64,000 nt of DNA from Minisyncoccia bacterium (GTDB lineage: Bacteria; Patescibacteriota; Minisyncoccia; Phycocordibacterales; SBAW01): NCBI GenBank assembly GCA_049997855.1, contig JBEKSG010000003.1, forward strand, positions 4,154 through 68,153, written 5' to 3'. The position numbers and the translations under genes were made by a program. Positions 1-9,090 of the stretch are shown piece by piece. Within the stretch, counting starts at the first letter, position 1; each line of letters opens with the position of its first letter. Below the pieces are notes generated by a model. That model saw nothing but the letters and a program-made list of their open reading frames with translations, ran no database searches and was not told the origin of the DNA.

Positions 1-48
1 TCTCGATGACTAAATCATGTAGGCAGTATAGCACTTACCCGCGTGGCT

Positions 49-1023
49 TTATACGCTGGCTTTGCCGGTAGGTTTGTTGTCGAGGCTTCGGAGACCTGCC
101 ACGGTGAACTCGGCTTTAATCGACGGGTGCGGGTCATAGCCCACGAGCGTCACATGCTCGGGACGAAAGGTGGCGAGACTCGTCACTTCGTCGCTGATGA
201 CAATTTTTGGAAACGGTTTTGGCTCGCGCTCGAGTTGCTGCCGTATTGCTGTTTCATGGTCTTCATAATAGTGAACATCGCCAAAGGTATGCACAAAATC
301 TCCAGCTTCGCGCCCGACGATTTTGGCGATGATCATGCATAGCAGCGCATAGCTCGCGATGTTAAACGGCACACCAAGAAAGATGTCGGCGCTTCGCTGG
401 TAGAGCTGGAGCGACACTTTGCCGTGCTTGATGTTGAGCTGGTACATGTTGTGGCAAATAGGAAAATGGCTGACCTCCTTCGGCTTCGCCATCGAGTAGA
501 GATACTCCGGATTCCACGAGGTTACGATGGCGTTGTGGCACGAAGGGTCGCTTGTGAGCTCGTCGACGACCCACTGGAGTTGGTCGATCTGACGGCCGTC
601 TTTGGCGGGCCAGCGGCGCCACATCTCGCCGTAGATGCGCGGTAACTCGCCATACTCGCGCGCAAACTCGGCGTCGGTTTTTATTTTTTCGATAAACTCC
701 TCCTTGCTCATCTCGCTTACCTCGCCCGCTTTTGCAAGCTCGGCATACAGGCGGTATGGATAGTCGTCCCAAATGTGCACCTCGTTTTGCACCAGGTAGC
801 GGATGTTTGATTGCCCGGAGAGAAACCAAAACAGCTCGTGTAAGACGCCTTTCCAGTACACTTTTTTGGTGGTAAGCAAGGGGAAGCCTGCAGACAAATC
901 GAAACGCATCTGCCGTCCAAACACGCCGATGGTGGCTTTGCCGTGTCCGGCATCCACTTGCCTGTCTCCCTTGTCGAGAAGCTCCTGCATCAAATCGAGA
1001 TATTGTTTTTCGGGATGCGCCAT
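49..1023 (-). CDS. thyA: Thymidylate synthase
   Basis: FPLLTTKK, ELFWFLSG, catalytic PICH, LYQRSADIFLGVPFNIASY motifs. Confidence 0.97.
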   Translation of the reverse strand: MAHPEKQYLDLMQELLDKGDRQVDAGHGKATIGVFGRQMRFDLSAGFPLLTTKKVYWKGVLHELFWFLSGQSNIRYLVQNEVHIWDDYPYRLYAELAKAGEVSEMSKEEFIEKIKTDAEFAREYGELPRIYGEMWRRWPAKDGRQIDQLQWVVDELTSDPSCHNAIVTSWNPEYLYSMAKPKEVSHFPICHNMYQLNIKHGKVSLQLYQRSADIFLGVPFNIASYALLCMIIAKIVGREAGDFVHTFGDVHYYEDHETAIRQQLEREPKPFPKIVISDEVTSLATFRPEHVTLVGYDPHPSIKAEFTVAGLRSLDNKPTGKASV

Positions 1024-1024
1024 A

Positions 1025-1588
1025 TTATTTTTTTATTTTTTTAACCTTGGATTTAGCAGTAAAATTGTTTTTCCAATTGTCACCGACAAAACGCCCGGTC
1101 TCTTTGTAACTTTTGCGGGTAGGAGACGACAACCTCGAGAACGTAAGTTGGGCGATCTCCATGCCGGGGCGGAGAATAATGGGCACGTTGTTGAGATTGC
1201 ACAGCTCAAAGGTAATATGCAAAAAATGTCCGGGATTAATGAGCCCCGCCGTGTTGTGTATCATAAGCCCGATGCGCGCCAACGACGACTTCCCGCCTAC
1301 CTGAATGAGGAACTTGTCGGAGCCGAAATATTCTTTGGAGACGCCCAGCACCGACACGCCGGGGTGTAATACAAACACGCCGCCATCTTCGACGATAATC
1401 TCGTGGCTTTTGGCGTACACTTTTTTTACCGGGTCGATAAAAAGCGTATTGTTTTCGTCATTGACGACAAATTTATTGCCGAGCAAAATATCGTAGCTCG
1501 CGGGCTGGAGCCGCTCTTCGACAAACGGCTCGAGCGTGATCGAGCCTTTTTTAATTTCGGTAAGAATGTCTACATCGGATAAAAACAT
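1025..1588 (-). CDS. dcd: dCTP deaminase
   Basis: LSD..I, QPASYD, GKSSLARIGL, AGLINPG, ITFEL motifs. Confidence 0.93.
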   Translation of the reverse strand: MFLSDVDILTEIKKGSITLEPFVEERLQPASYDILLGNKFVVNDENNTLFIDPVKKVYAKSHEIIVEDGGVFVLHPGVSVLGVSKEYFGSDKFLIQVGGKSSLARIGLMIHNTAGLINPGHFLHITFELCNLNNVPIILRPGMEIAQLTFSRLSSPTRKSYKETGRFVGDNWKNNFTAKSKVKKIKK

Positions 1589-1642
1589 ATGATTTAGTCG
1601 AAATCATGTCGCGCAACGTCCATTGAAGCGCAACGCTTATAA

Positions 1643-2317
1643 TCAGCGAACAGTAAATACTTTGTCGGTACCGTAATACTCGCCCCAGTGCGCGTTGTAA
1701 AACGCAAACATTCTTTCCAATCGATCCTGCTGGAGCTCTTGCACGCCGCACTGCTCCATCAGCGCGCGCACTTCTTTGCGTGCGAGATCGAGTTCCCTCT
1801 CGTCTTTTACCACTCTTTCAAACTCGGCGAGCCAGCCATAGCCCGCGTTTTTGTCGAGCGTCACCGCAACACCTCGGCAAAGATACTCCTCGCGCTCGCG
1901 CGACCATTTGGCTTGATACACACATCCCGCATCGAGCAGCAGCTGGTCAAGCTCATCGAGCGAGAGCGATACCTCCTCCTCAAACTCCATCCGCGTGATG
2001 CCGTTCTGGCTCGTGGTGTTGTCGACCGATGCTTTGACGACCAAAAAAACTTTGCCGTCTTTGTCTCTGGTCCTAATCGAAAATTCTTTTCCTTTTTGTA
2101 AGATATCTTCGAGCTTTTTATATGTTTCGCCGGAAAAATACGGCTTCACCTGTTTGGCAATCAAAGAAGGAATACTGTTCATAAAATAGTGATTAAGCTG
2201 TTTGTTGCGAGCCGTGAGCACAGTGGCAGAGTCGACATGCTTCATCCGCTCGCGCAAAGTTTGAGCTGCCTCCTCGTTTCCCAAAAGCGACTTAACTTCT
2301 ACCTCAAAGGTTTGCAT
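1643..2317 (-). CDS. CYTH (triphosphate tunnel metalloenzyme) domain protein
   Basis: N-terminal ExExK (EVEVK), RTR, EFE, and LDKNAGYGWLAEFE. Confidence 0.8.
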   Translation of the reverse strand: MQTFEVEVKSLLGNEEAAQTLRERMKHVDSATVLTARNKQLNHYFMNSIPSLIAKQVKPYFSGETYKKLEDILQKGKEFSIRTRDKDGKVFLVVKASVDNTTSQNGITRMEFEEEVSLSLDELDQLLLDAGCVYQAKWSREREEYLCRGVAVTLDKNAGYGWLAEFERVVKDERELDLARKEVRALMEQCGVQELQQDRLERMFAFYNAHWGEYYGTDKVFTVR

Positions 2318-2382
2318 AGTGCTATTTTAGCTCGGGACACCGCTCGCTTCCAGCTTTTGACGCAAGGGGTTAATATTACGCA

Positions 2383-2883
2383 ATGGTAAGCATCATTGCC
2401 GCAATAGGCCACAACCGCGCACTGGGTAAAAATAACGAGCTTTTGTGGCGCATCCCCGACGATCTTAAACGCTTCAAAGCATTGACGCTTGGCCACCCGG
2501 TTATCATGGGGCGCAAAACATTTGAGTCGTTGGGCAAGTCCTTGCCCGGGCGCACCAATATTGTGATTATGTATGCCGATGAATATCACGCGGACAATCT
2601 GCTTTATAATGTTGAAAACGTAATTGTCGCCTACTCGCTTGAGGAAGCAATCGAAAAAGCAAAGACATTGGATAACAAGGAGATTTTTATCGGCGGAGGC
2701 GCTCAAATTTATACACAGGCTTTGCCGCTGGCAGACCGTTTGTACCTAACATTGATTGATGACAAAAAAGAAGCTGATGTCTACTTCCCCGAATATGAGC
2801 GCTTGTTTACTAAAAAATTATCTGAAGAGCGCCGCGAATATAACGGGCTGAAGTATAAATGGATTGATCTGGAACGGGAGTAA
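2383..2883 (+). CDS. folA: Dihydrofolate reductase
   Basis: LLWRIPDDLKRFK, VIMGRKTFES, LPGRTN, IGGGAQIY, DVYFP. Confidence 0.97.
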   Translation: MVSIIAAIGHNRALGKNNELLWRIPDDLKRFKALTLGHPVIMGRKTFESLGKSLPGRTNIVIMYADEYHADNLLYNVENVIVAYSLEEAIEKAKTLDNKEIFIGGGAQIYTQALPLADRLYLTLIDDKKEADVYFPEYERLFTKKLSEERREYNGLKYKWIDLERE

Positions 2884-3624
2884 TCATTGTTTTCCTCCCT
2901 TCTTCCACTTCGTTTTTGTAAGAAATTGGGCGAATAAATCTTCTTTCAAGGGCACCACAAATTTATTCCATTTTCCCTTACTCTTCCGTTTGTGCCATAT
3001 CTTTTCTGCAACCCCGCGGATGACAACCAACGGCGTTTGTTCGCCACCCTCGCCCATTATTACTACTGCCGCAGCTGCCAAAGCATCCGCTACGTTTGCT
3101 TGCTCATATTGCAAAGGCCGTCCGAATACATCTTTGATTCCTCTATAATCCGAGAGAGGCTCAAACCCAGTCCACGCCAGCGCAAATCCAATTGCTCCAC
3201 GCCGCAGTGGCGTGCTTATCGAGTCGGTAATAATGACTCCTAAGCGAGACAGTTTATACTCTTGCATCAATTTTTTGCGCAACAAAGCTGCTGAACGTTG
3301 GGGGTTATGAGGCCAGAGAATATAGTGGCCGTTCCCGTTGCTTTCATCTATGCCTGCGGCACGGATAAGCACACCCTTGGTGATAGTAAAAGAAGATCCC
3401 CATTTTGGTTTTTCATTTAAATACAAAGAAGATTCCCGACGAGCGAGCGCTTCCTTTTTTATAGAACCTACACGCACACATCGGCCTTCATTGATACTTA
3501 CTACTTTAGAAGTAACAGCAATAATATCGCCATCTTTGGGCTTAAGAGACGAAGCAATAATTTTATGAACCAAATCGTCCTTTGGAGGCACTAAGACACC
3601 TATCTTTATTGGTTTGATATTCAC
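2884..3624 (-). CDS. CofE-like gamma-glutamyl ligase (putative folate polyglutamylation, FolC2-like)
   Basis: DGDIIAVTSKVVS..EGR, AGIDESN, GVIITDS..TPLRRG, MGEGGEQTP; located between folA and folB. Confidence 0.85.
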   Translation of the reverse strand: MNIKPIKIGVLVPPKDDLVHKIIASSLKPKDGDIIAVTSKVVSINEGRCVRVGSIKKEALARRESSLYLNEKPKWGSSFTITKGVLIRAAGIDESNGNGHYILWPHNPQRSAALLRKKLMQEYKLSRLGVIITDSISTPLRRGAIGFALAWTGFEPLSDYRGIKDVFGRPLQYEQANVADALAAAAVVIMGEGGEQTPLVVIRGVAEKIWHKRKSKGKWNKFVVPLKEDLFAQFLTKTKWKKGGKQ

Positions 3625-3637
3625 GAATGTATCTTAT

Positions 3638-4000
3638 CTAATTTTCTCTACTTCGAACAATAGTTACTCCCGGCACGCCGTTTTGCCACACTTCGGGTTT
3701 TTGGATTGTCACTTCAACTGTTTGTATGCGTTTGTCCTCCAGCACTTTGTGAGCAATTTCTTCGGCCAACGTTTCTATCAAAAACCTGCTGCTGCCTTTT
3801 ATCACCGCTCGGATTTTATCTTTTACTTCACTGTAATTTACTGTGTCAGCAAGATTGTCGCTTTGTGCCGCGTTGCTGGTGTCAACGCCAAGTTTGACCG
3901 ACAAGGCGAATTCCTGCTCAATGCGGCGCTCTTTTGCAAAACAGCCGTGCTTGCCGCGAAACACCAGGTTGTCGATGTGGATGTAATCCATGAGCCCCAT
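3638..4000 (-). CDS. folB: Dihydroneopterin aldolase
   Basis: GKHGC..ER, SDNLADTVNY, LIETLAEEIA, IQKP. Confidence 0.92.
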   Translation of the reverse strand: MGLMDYIHIDNLVFRGKHGCFAKERRIEQEFALSVKLGVDTSNAAQSDNLADTVNYSEVKDKIRAVIKGSSRFLIETLAEEIAHKVLEDKRIQTVEVTIQKPEVWQNGVPGVTIVRSREN

Positions 4001-4057
4001 ACTATACCAATAAAAAAGCCCGGGAATTACTCTAGAGGCCTTTTCTGCAATCCAAAT

Positions 4058-4480
4058 TTATGTAACGTCCACGCCCATGGAGCGGGCGCTGCCGGCTATT
4101 GTTTTCATCGCTTGCTCGAGGTCGTTGGCGTTGAGGTCAGGCATCTTGCGCTCGGCAATCTCCTTAACCTGCGCCTTAGTGAGGGTGCCAATCTTAGCCG
4201 TGTTAGGCTTGTCGCTCCCTTTTTCTTTACCCAAGGCCTTTAAAATGAGGCTCGATACCGGCGGAGTCTTGAGGACAAAGGTATAGGTACGGTCCTCGTA
4301 GACGCTGATTTCGGCAGGCACCATGTCGCCACGCATATTCTTAGAGGCATCGTTAAACTTTTTTACAAACTCGCCGATGTTGATGCCAGCGGGGCCAAGC
4401 ACTTGGCCCATGGCCGGCGTGAGCGTTGCCGCACCGCCTTGCGCGATGATCTTTATTTTTTTGACTATTTTCTTTGCCAT
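4058..4480 (-). CDS. rplK: 50S ribosomal protein L11
   Basis: GINIGEFVKKFN, FVLKTPP, KMPDLNA, GSARSMG; start taken at MAKK. Confidence 0.97.
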   Translation of the reverse strand: MAKKIVKKIKIIAQGGAATLTPAMGQVLGPAGINIGEFVKKFNDASKNMRGDMVPAEISVYEDRTYTFVLKTPPVSSLILKALGKEKGSDKPNTAKIGTLTKAQVKEIAERKMPDLNANDLEQAMKTIAGSARSMGVDVT

Positions 4481-4605
4481 GTGATGCTTCATCACCCTGT
4501 CGAGGGTAGGTTTGGATATTACATTAATTTTATATTTTATGCCAGTTTTTTCTTTCTACCCCTCGCAAGGCCTCGGGGTCAAAGAATTTATAGTCGCTTT
4601 GCTCC

Positions 4606-5157
4606 TTAAATTCTTTTGACCTGCAAAAAGTCGAGCTCCACCGGCGTTTCGCGGCCAAACATCGCCACCAGCACCTTAACCTTGCCGCGGCTCTCGTCTA
4701 CCTCGCCCACTTTGCCGTCGAGATCCTTAAACGGGCCGTCGACAATGACTACCTGGTCGCCAACCGCCATATCAATGGCGTGTTTGACACTGCCCTCGGC
4801 CGCGTGCATGCGGCTCAAGAGCTCATCTACTTCCGATTGTTTAAGCGGCACCGGATTGACGCCGGAACCGACAAAGCCGGTGACGCGCGGCGTGTTGCGC
4901 ACGACAAACCACGACTGATCGTCAACGATCATGTCTACCAACACGTAGCCGGGGAATACCTTCTCTTCCTCCTCGACGCGGCGGCCGCCTTTGATTTTGA
5001 CCGTATGCTCGGTGGGCACGATAACGTTAAAGATTTTTTCTTGGAGGCCGAGGCTGTCGATGCGTTGTTTAAGATTGCGGGCAACGGCGTTTTCGTATCC
5101 GGCATAAGTGTGTATCGCATACCACGCGCGCCCGACCGATGTGTCTTGTTTGCTCAT
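4606..5157 (-). CDS. nusG: Transcription termination/antitermination factor NusG
   Basis: WYAIHTYAGYE, FPGYVLV, VRNTPRVTGFVG, KOW motif, MFGRETPVEL. Confidence 0.97.
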   Translation of the reverse strand: MSKQDTSVGRAWYAIHTYAGYENAVARNLKQRIDSLGLQEKIFNVIVPTEHTVKIKGGRRVEEEEKVFPGYVLVDMIVDDQSWFVVRNTPRVTGFVGSGVNPVPLKQSEVDELLSRMHAAEGSVKHAIDMAVGDQVVIVDGPFKDLDGKVGEVDESRGKVKVLVAMFGRETPVELDFLQVKRI

Positions 5158-5160
5158 ATA

Positions 5161-5197
5161 TACGAATGTTACGAATTATTACGAATACTACGAATTA
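5161..5197 (+). repeat. Short tandem repeat (TACGAAT plus 2-3 nt) x4
   Basis: tacgaatgt-tacgaattat-tacgaatac-tacgaat between secE and nusG. Confidence 0.8.
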
Positions 5198-5258
5198 AAC
5201 CAAATAAGTCCTAAATGAATGCTGCAAATTTATTCGATCTTACTTGTAGGATTCGTAG

Positions 5259-5429
5259 TTAAATAATGTATTTTACAACTGCGTCAAACACATAATCGAG
5301 GAGGCCGAGGTACACGGCGGTTGCGAGAGACACGGCAATTACCACGATGGTGTATACGATCGCCTGATTGCGCGTCGGCCAGGTAACGTGTCTCATCTCC
5401 GCGCGAACTTCCTTAAAATAGTTTGGCAT
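5259..5429 (-). CDS. secE: Preprotein translocase subunit SecE (not in ORF track)
   Basis: Hand translation MPNYFKEVRAEMRHVTWPTRNQAIVYTIVVIAVSLATAVYLGLLDYVFDAVVKYII; E..HVTWP motif; upstream of nusG. Confidence 0.95.
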   Translation of the reverse strand: MPNYFKEVRAEMRHVTWPTRNQAIVYTIVVIAVSLATAVYLGLLDYVFDAVVKYII

Positions 5430-5591
5430 AAAAATTTTGGCAATTTTAAAACCCCTCCCGGGGCCTGTTATAAACCAATCCTAGCGCCTTTTTTGTCTAG
5501 TGTCAATGCATCAAAAACGGGAACTATATATAATCACCCAATGTCGGACACGATGTGTAAAACGCCCTGCGCAAATCATTGCAAGGCGTTT

Positions 5592-5972
5592 TTATGCATT
5601 TTCCTTACGGACGTTATGGAAGTATGTTTGAAACTTCCTCCCATTTCTTTCAAAGAATAGTTCGACGCCGCAGATGACCGTTGAAGGGGTAGTAGCTGGA
5701 TCCCTATATATGGGTTGAAAGCCTACATTTTCCTTCGTGTCCATGATCATTGCCTGATATCGAGGTTTGCCAGCAAAGTTCTCATTGGTTATCACGACTC
5801 GCCACTTTTGCCACGAGCCTCCTTTGACCAAAGGCGGCATTGGACGCTCAAGAGTATAGACCTTACCCACGACAAGGTTTGGCAGGACCATGTCCCAGGA
5901 TTCTAGGAATGGTATCTTCATACAGTCTCCTTTCACCCGACTTAGCAGAGAGACAATAACAGCCTCCTCCAT
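5592..5972 (-). CDS. Hypothetical protein
   Basis: 126-aa ORF filling the gap; no recognised motif. Confidence 0.5.
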   Translation of the reverse strand: MEEAVIVSLLSRVKGDCMKIPFLESWDMVLPNLVVGKVYTLERPMPPLVKGGSWQKWRVVITNENFAGKPRYQAMIMDTKENVGFQPIYRDPATTPSTVICGVELFFERNGRKFQTYFHNVRKENA

Positions 5973-6016
5973 AACCTTAGAACATTGGCAGGAAAAAGCT
6001 ATTCCTGTTGTTTCAA

Positions 6017-6901
6017 CTATTTAATCTCGTAGGTGATGGTGACGTCGTCGGTCGTGGTGTTTTGGCCGGGCGAAATGACCGGAGCTGTTGCGGCATTGCC
6101 GCCGCTACCGGCCGCCATGGAGTACGCCACCGGCTGCGGGTAGCTGCCGCCCGCGTTTTCACTAAAGGAAACGACGCGCACCAATGTCACACCAAGCTGC
6201 TGAGCAAGCGCTTCGGCTTTGCTCTTGGCATCGGCAATTGCTTTGTTGCGCGCCTCGGTTTGCACGGCTGTTGGATCGTCAAAGGTAAAGGTGAGACCGG
6301 AAACTTCGGTAGCGCCTTTGGAGCCGACACCCGCAAGCAGGTCACCCGCTTTGCTGGTGTCGCGTACTTTAACTGTCGTGCTCTGGCTCACTTCGTAGCC
6401 GGTGAGCGTCTGCTTGCCGGGCGGACAATATACTATCGCGCCCGAGGAAGTGCCGGAGCCGGACGAGCCGCCGGAGTTTACAACCACATCGGGGGTCGGC
6501 GCGGTCGGCACTTGTCCACTCATTGGGCACGCCGCGTTTTGGTAGGTGTATTGTGGCTCTATGGAGTAGCCGCTCGTTTGTATGTCTTTGGTATCTACGC
6601 CTGCACCGGTGAGATAGGCGGTAATGGCGTTGGCCACGGCGGTGGCGTCGGCTTGCGCACCGGCAACGGTTGCTTCGTCGGAGACGACGCTAAAGCTAAA
6701 GGTGGCGATGTCGGGCACAGCCAGATCCTCGCCGTGGCCGGAGACGCTGATGGTGTTGGCGGCGGCAACGCCGGTGCCGATGTAGCGAAGCCCCACGAGT
6801 GCGCTCATGGTCTGTACCAGCAAAAACGCGGCGAGCAACACAACCGCCGAGATAATCCCCCAACGCAACCACACTCCTTCCCTTCCTTCAAATATATTCA
6901 T
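6017..6901 (-). CDS. SIMPL (DUF541) domain protein
   Basis: N-terminal TM, ISVSGHGE..VPDIA, DIQTSGYSIEPQY, AIADAKSKAEALA. Confidence 0.9.
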   Translation of the reverse strand: MNIFEGREGVWLRWGIISAVVLLAAFLLVQTMSALVGLRYIGTGVAAANTISVSGHGEDLAVPDIATFSFSVVSDEATVAGAQADATAVANAITAYLTGAGVDTKDIQTSGYSIEPQYTYQNAACPMSGQVPTAPTPDVVVNSGGSSGSGTSSGAIVYCPPGKQTLTGYEVSQSTTVKVRDTSKAGDLLAGVGSKGATEVSGLTFTFDDPTAVQTEARNKAIADAKSKAEALAQQLGVTLVRVVSFSENAGGSYPQPVAYSMAAGSGGNAATAPVISPGQNTTTDDVTITYEIK

Positions 6902-6924
6902 AGTAACGAGTGTTAGTTAATAAT

Positions 6925-7644
6925 TTACTGACCTGCTTGTGCTTGAGCGATGACCGCCTGTATCTGCGCGAGCGGCAATGCGCCCGAAATCGGGTACTGC
7001 TTGCCGGTTTTGGTGTTGATGACAACCGTAAAAGGCGTGCCATTGCCGCCATTGCTCTCCGCATCGGCAGTCTCGGTTTGGATTTTGCCCAAGTAGGTGG
7101 AACTTGCGATGCATGAGTTGTACAAAGTCATGTTGGCGCCAAATTGCTTGGCAAGCGACGCCGAGTAACTTGCGCTCAAGCTCGACTGATTGTTAAACAC
7201 CGCATCGGCATACTCCCAAAAGCCGGTGTTGCCGAGCTGTGCCGCAATGCACTCGGCGGCGTTGGCGGCCGGCATGGCTTGCGGATGTATCTGGTACAGC
7301 GGAAACTCACGCATGACCCATGCTACTTGTCCGTTTGATTGGCTCACGATTTGCTTGAGTGAAGGATAGATCATCTGTCAGTACGGACATTGAAAGTCGG
7401 AGTACTCCACGAGCACGATAGGCGCGGAGGGCAAGCCTATGATGTGGTCGCTCACCGAGGGTGCGGGCACGTTGGCGCTTGTGGTAACACCTTGCGCGAC
7501 TGCCGCGGTAGCTCCCGTAGAAGGCGCCGGATGTTGGTTGGCAAAAATAATGGCTCCGGCAATGATGACACCCGCAATAATGATAGAGACCGACGGAGTG
7601 AGTTCAATCGAGGGGAGCGTGTGATGTTTTTGTTCTTCAGGCAT
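6925..7644 (-). CDS. Membrane-anchored DsbA/thioredoxin-fold protein with in-frame TGA (7378-7380) at the CxxC second Cys
   Basis: ORFs 7378..7644 and 6925..7374 share a frame: ...VEYSDFQ-C-P-Y-TGA-Q-MIYP...REFPL..IHPQA..AAEC...GTP..ISGA. Confidence 0.9.
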
Positions 7645-7656
7645 ATAGGCAGTGTA

Positions 7657-8037
7657 TCACTTTTTGAGCAAATCGCGGATTTCGATCAGCAATTTTTCCT
7701 CCGGGCTTTGTTTGGGCGCCTCGGGCGGACCTTTAAAACGCGCCGTGAGTTTATTGACCGGTAATACGACAAAAAAATAAATAGTGACGGCTACGATAAA
7801 AAATGAAACGAGCGCGTTGATAAAATCGCCATAGAGAAACTGGCTGCCGTTAAGGGTAAAAACAAGCTTCGAAAAGTCGGGCTGCTTTACAAGCGCGGCG
7901 ATAAAGGGGGTCATAATATCTTTAACCAAGGAGGTAACCACCGCGGTAAAAGCGGCGCCGATCATAACGCCCACGGCTAAGTCGACAACGTTGCCGCGCA
8001 ATATAAAATCTCTAAATCCTTTTGTCACTTTTGTCAT
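7657..8037 (-). CDS. mscL: Large-conductance mechanosensitive channel
   Basis: FRDFILRGNVVDLAVGVMIGAAF, YGDFINA, LLIEIRDLL. Confidence 0.96.
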   Translation of the reverse strand: MTKVTKGFRDFILRGNVVDLAVGVMIGAAFTAVVTSLVKDIMTPFIAALVKQPDFSKLVFTLNGSQFLYGDFINALVSFFIVAVTIYFFVVLPVNKLTARFKGPPEAPKQSPEEKLLIEIRDLLKK

Positions 8038-8061
8038 GTGCCGCCATTGTAACACTTTAAA

Positions 8062-8691
8062 GTGAGCGGTATAGTGCGGGCGGATAAAGTTCATGGGAGG
8101 CGCGCTATGCGCGACGGTATGCGTTACGGCTTAGTGATTGGTATCACTTTTGTAACTGCCGTCGCCGAAATCATTGGCTCCGGCACAACAGACAGCAATA
8201 GTCTCCTTTCGGATGCGCTACATCTGTTGGGAGATGGCATCCCGTTTGTGTTGGGGTTTGCGCTCGGGATCGGCTTAATGCAGGATGAACAGACAAAAAG
8301 ATTCGTCGAGTGGATGATTACTTTGCTCAACACCATCTTTCTTGTCGGAGCCGCGCTTTACATAGGCTATCGCGGTATCTCTAGGCTTTATCATCCAGTT
8401 GGAATAGAGCCGGTCATGCTATGGTTTGCGCTCGCAGGGCTCGCGGGCAATACGGCACAACTGTGGTTCGCGCGGGGGCTCAAGCACGCACATAAACATG
8501 CCGGCACGTATCGTGGGTTGATGCTTCATCTTGCTGCCGACTTGATGGCAAGCATCTTCGTCGTATTAGCTGCGAGTGTGATTATGACAACCGGTTATGT
8601 GAGAGCCGACAGTATTGCTTCGCTGATCGTGGCGGCCATCACCGCTGGTGCGGCATGGCAATGCTACAAAGAACTCCGGTATGGTGAATGA
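8062..8691 (+). CDS. Cation diffusion facilitator (CzcD-like), lacking the C-terminal cytosolic domain; start uncertain
   Basis: SLLSDALHLLGD, His-rich loop HAHKH, LHLAAD, ADSIAS. Confidence 0.8.
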   Translation: MSGIVRADKVHGRRAMRDGMRYGLVIGITFVTAVAEIIGSGTTDSNSLLSDALHLLGDGIPFVLGFALGIGLMQDEQTKRFVEWMITLLNTIFLVGAALYIGYRGISRLYHPVGIEPVMLWFALAGLAGNTAQLWFARGLKHAHKHAGTYRGLMLHLAADLMASIFVVLAASVIMTTGYVRADSIASLIVAAITAGAAWQCYKELRYGE

Positions 8692-8697
8692 AATGCC

Positions 8698-8728
8698 AAG
8701 CGCGGCCCTCAAAGGGCCGCGCTTTTTT
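8698..8728 (+). terminator. Intrinsic terminator
   Basis: AAGCGCGGCCC-TCAAA-GGGCCGCGCTT followed by a T run. Confidence 0.8.
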
Positions 8729-8745
8729 CTTTATCTATTTTTTCT

Positions 8746-9087
8746 CTACGCGCTCATGTCGGCGTTGATGCTGTTGACCGACGATTGGATGGCTTCTGTA
8801 GTCCATACATAGGCAAGCCATATCGTGATAAGTGTTGAGGCTGTCAAAATAATAATAGCGATGGTGCCGATAGACTTTGCCTTTGGGTCGCTCGATTTGT
8901 AGTACGTTATACCCGGCCACTTGGATACCATGATAAAAAGAATCATGGGGAGGATGGCGCTAAAAGCGTATATCCACGCTTGCGTTTCGAAAGAGGTGGA
9001 GAGCGGCGCCGACGTGAGCTTGGTACCGCAGTTGGGGCAAAAATAATAGCTCGGCAATACCGGCTGATGACAATACGGACATATCAT
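8746..9087 (-). CDS. Zinc-ribbon membrane protein
   Basis: CPYC..FCPNCG followed by two TM segments. Confidence 0.75.
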   Translation of the reverse strand: MICPYCHQPVLPSYYFCPNCGTKLTSAPLSTSFETQAWIYAFSAILPMILFIMVSKWPGITYYKSSDPKAKSIGTIAIIILTASTLITIWLAYVWTTEAIQSSVNSINADMSA

Positions 9088-9090
9088 ATT

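Noticed and set aside
5161-5197. CRISPR array
   Set aside because: Units are 7 bp with 2-3 nt spacers; no CRISPR-sized repeat-spacer array or cas gene was seen in the window.
6008-6916. Long antisense ORFs (also 9961..10923, 19109..20002, 31096..32028)
   Set aside because: They mirror well-supported genes on the opposite strand and have no motifs of their own.
7378-7380. Genome-wide UGA reassignment (code 25 or code 4)
   Set aside because: dnaA, ruvA, polA and the CYTH gene end at TGA at their expected C-termini, and no other core gene has an internal TGA.
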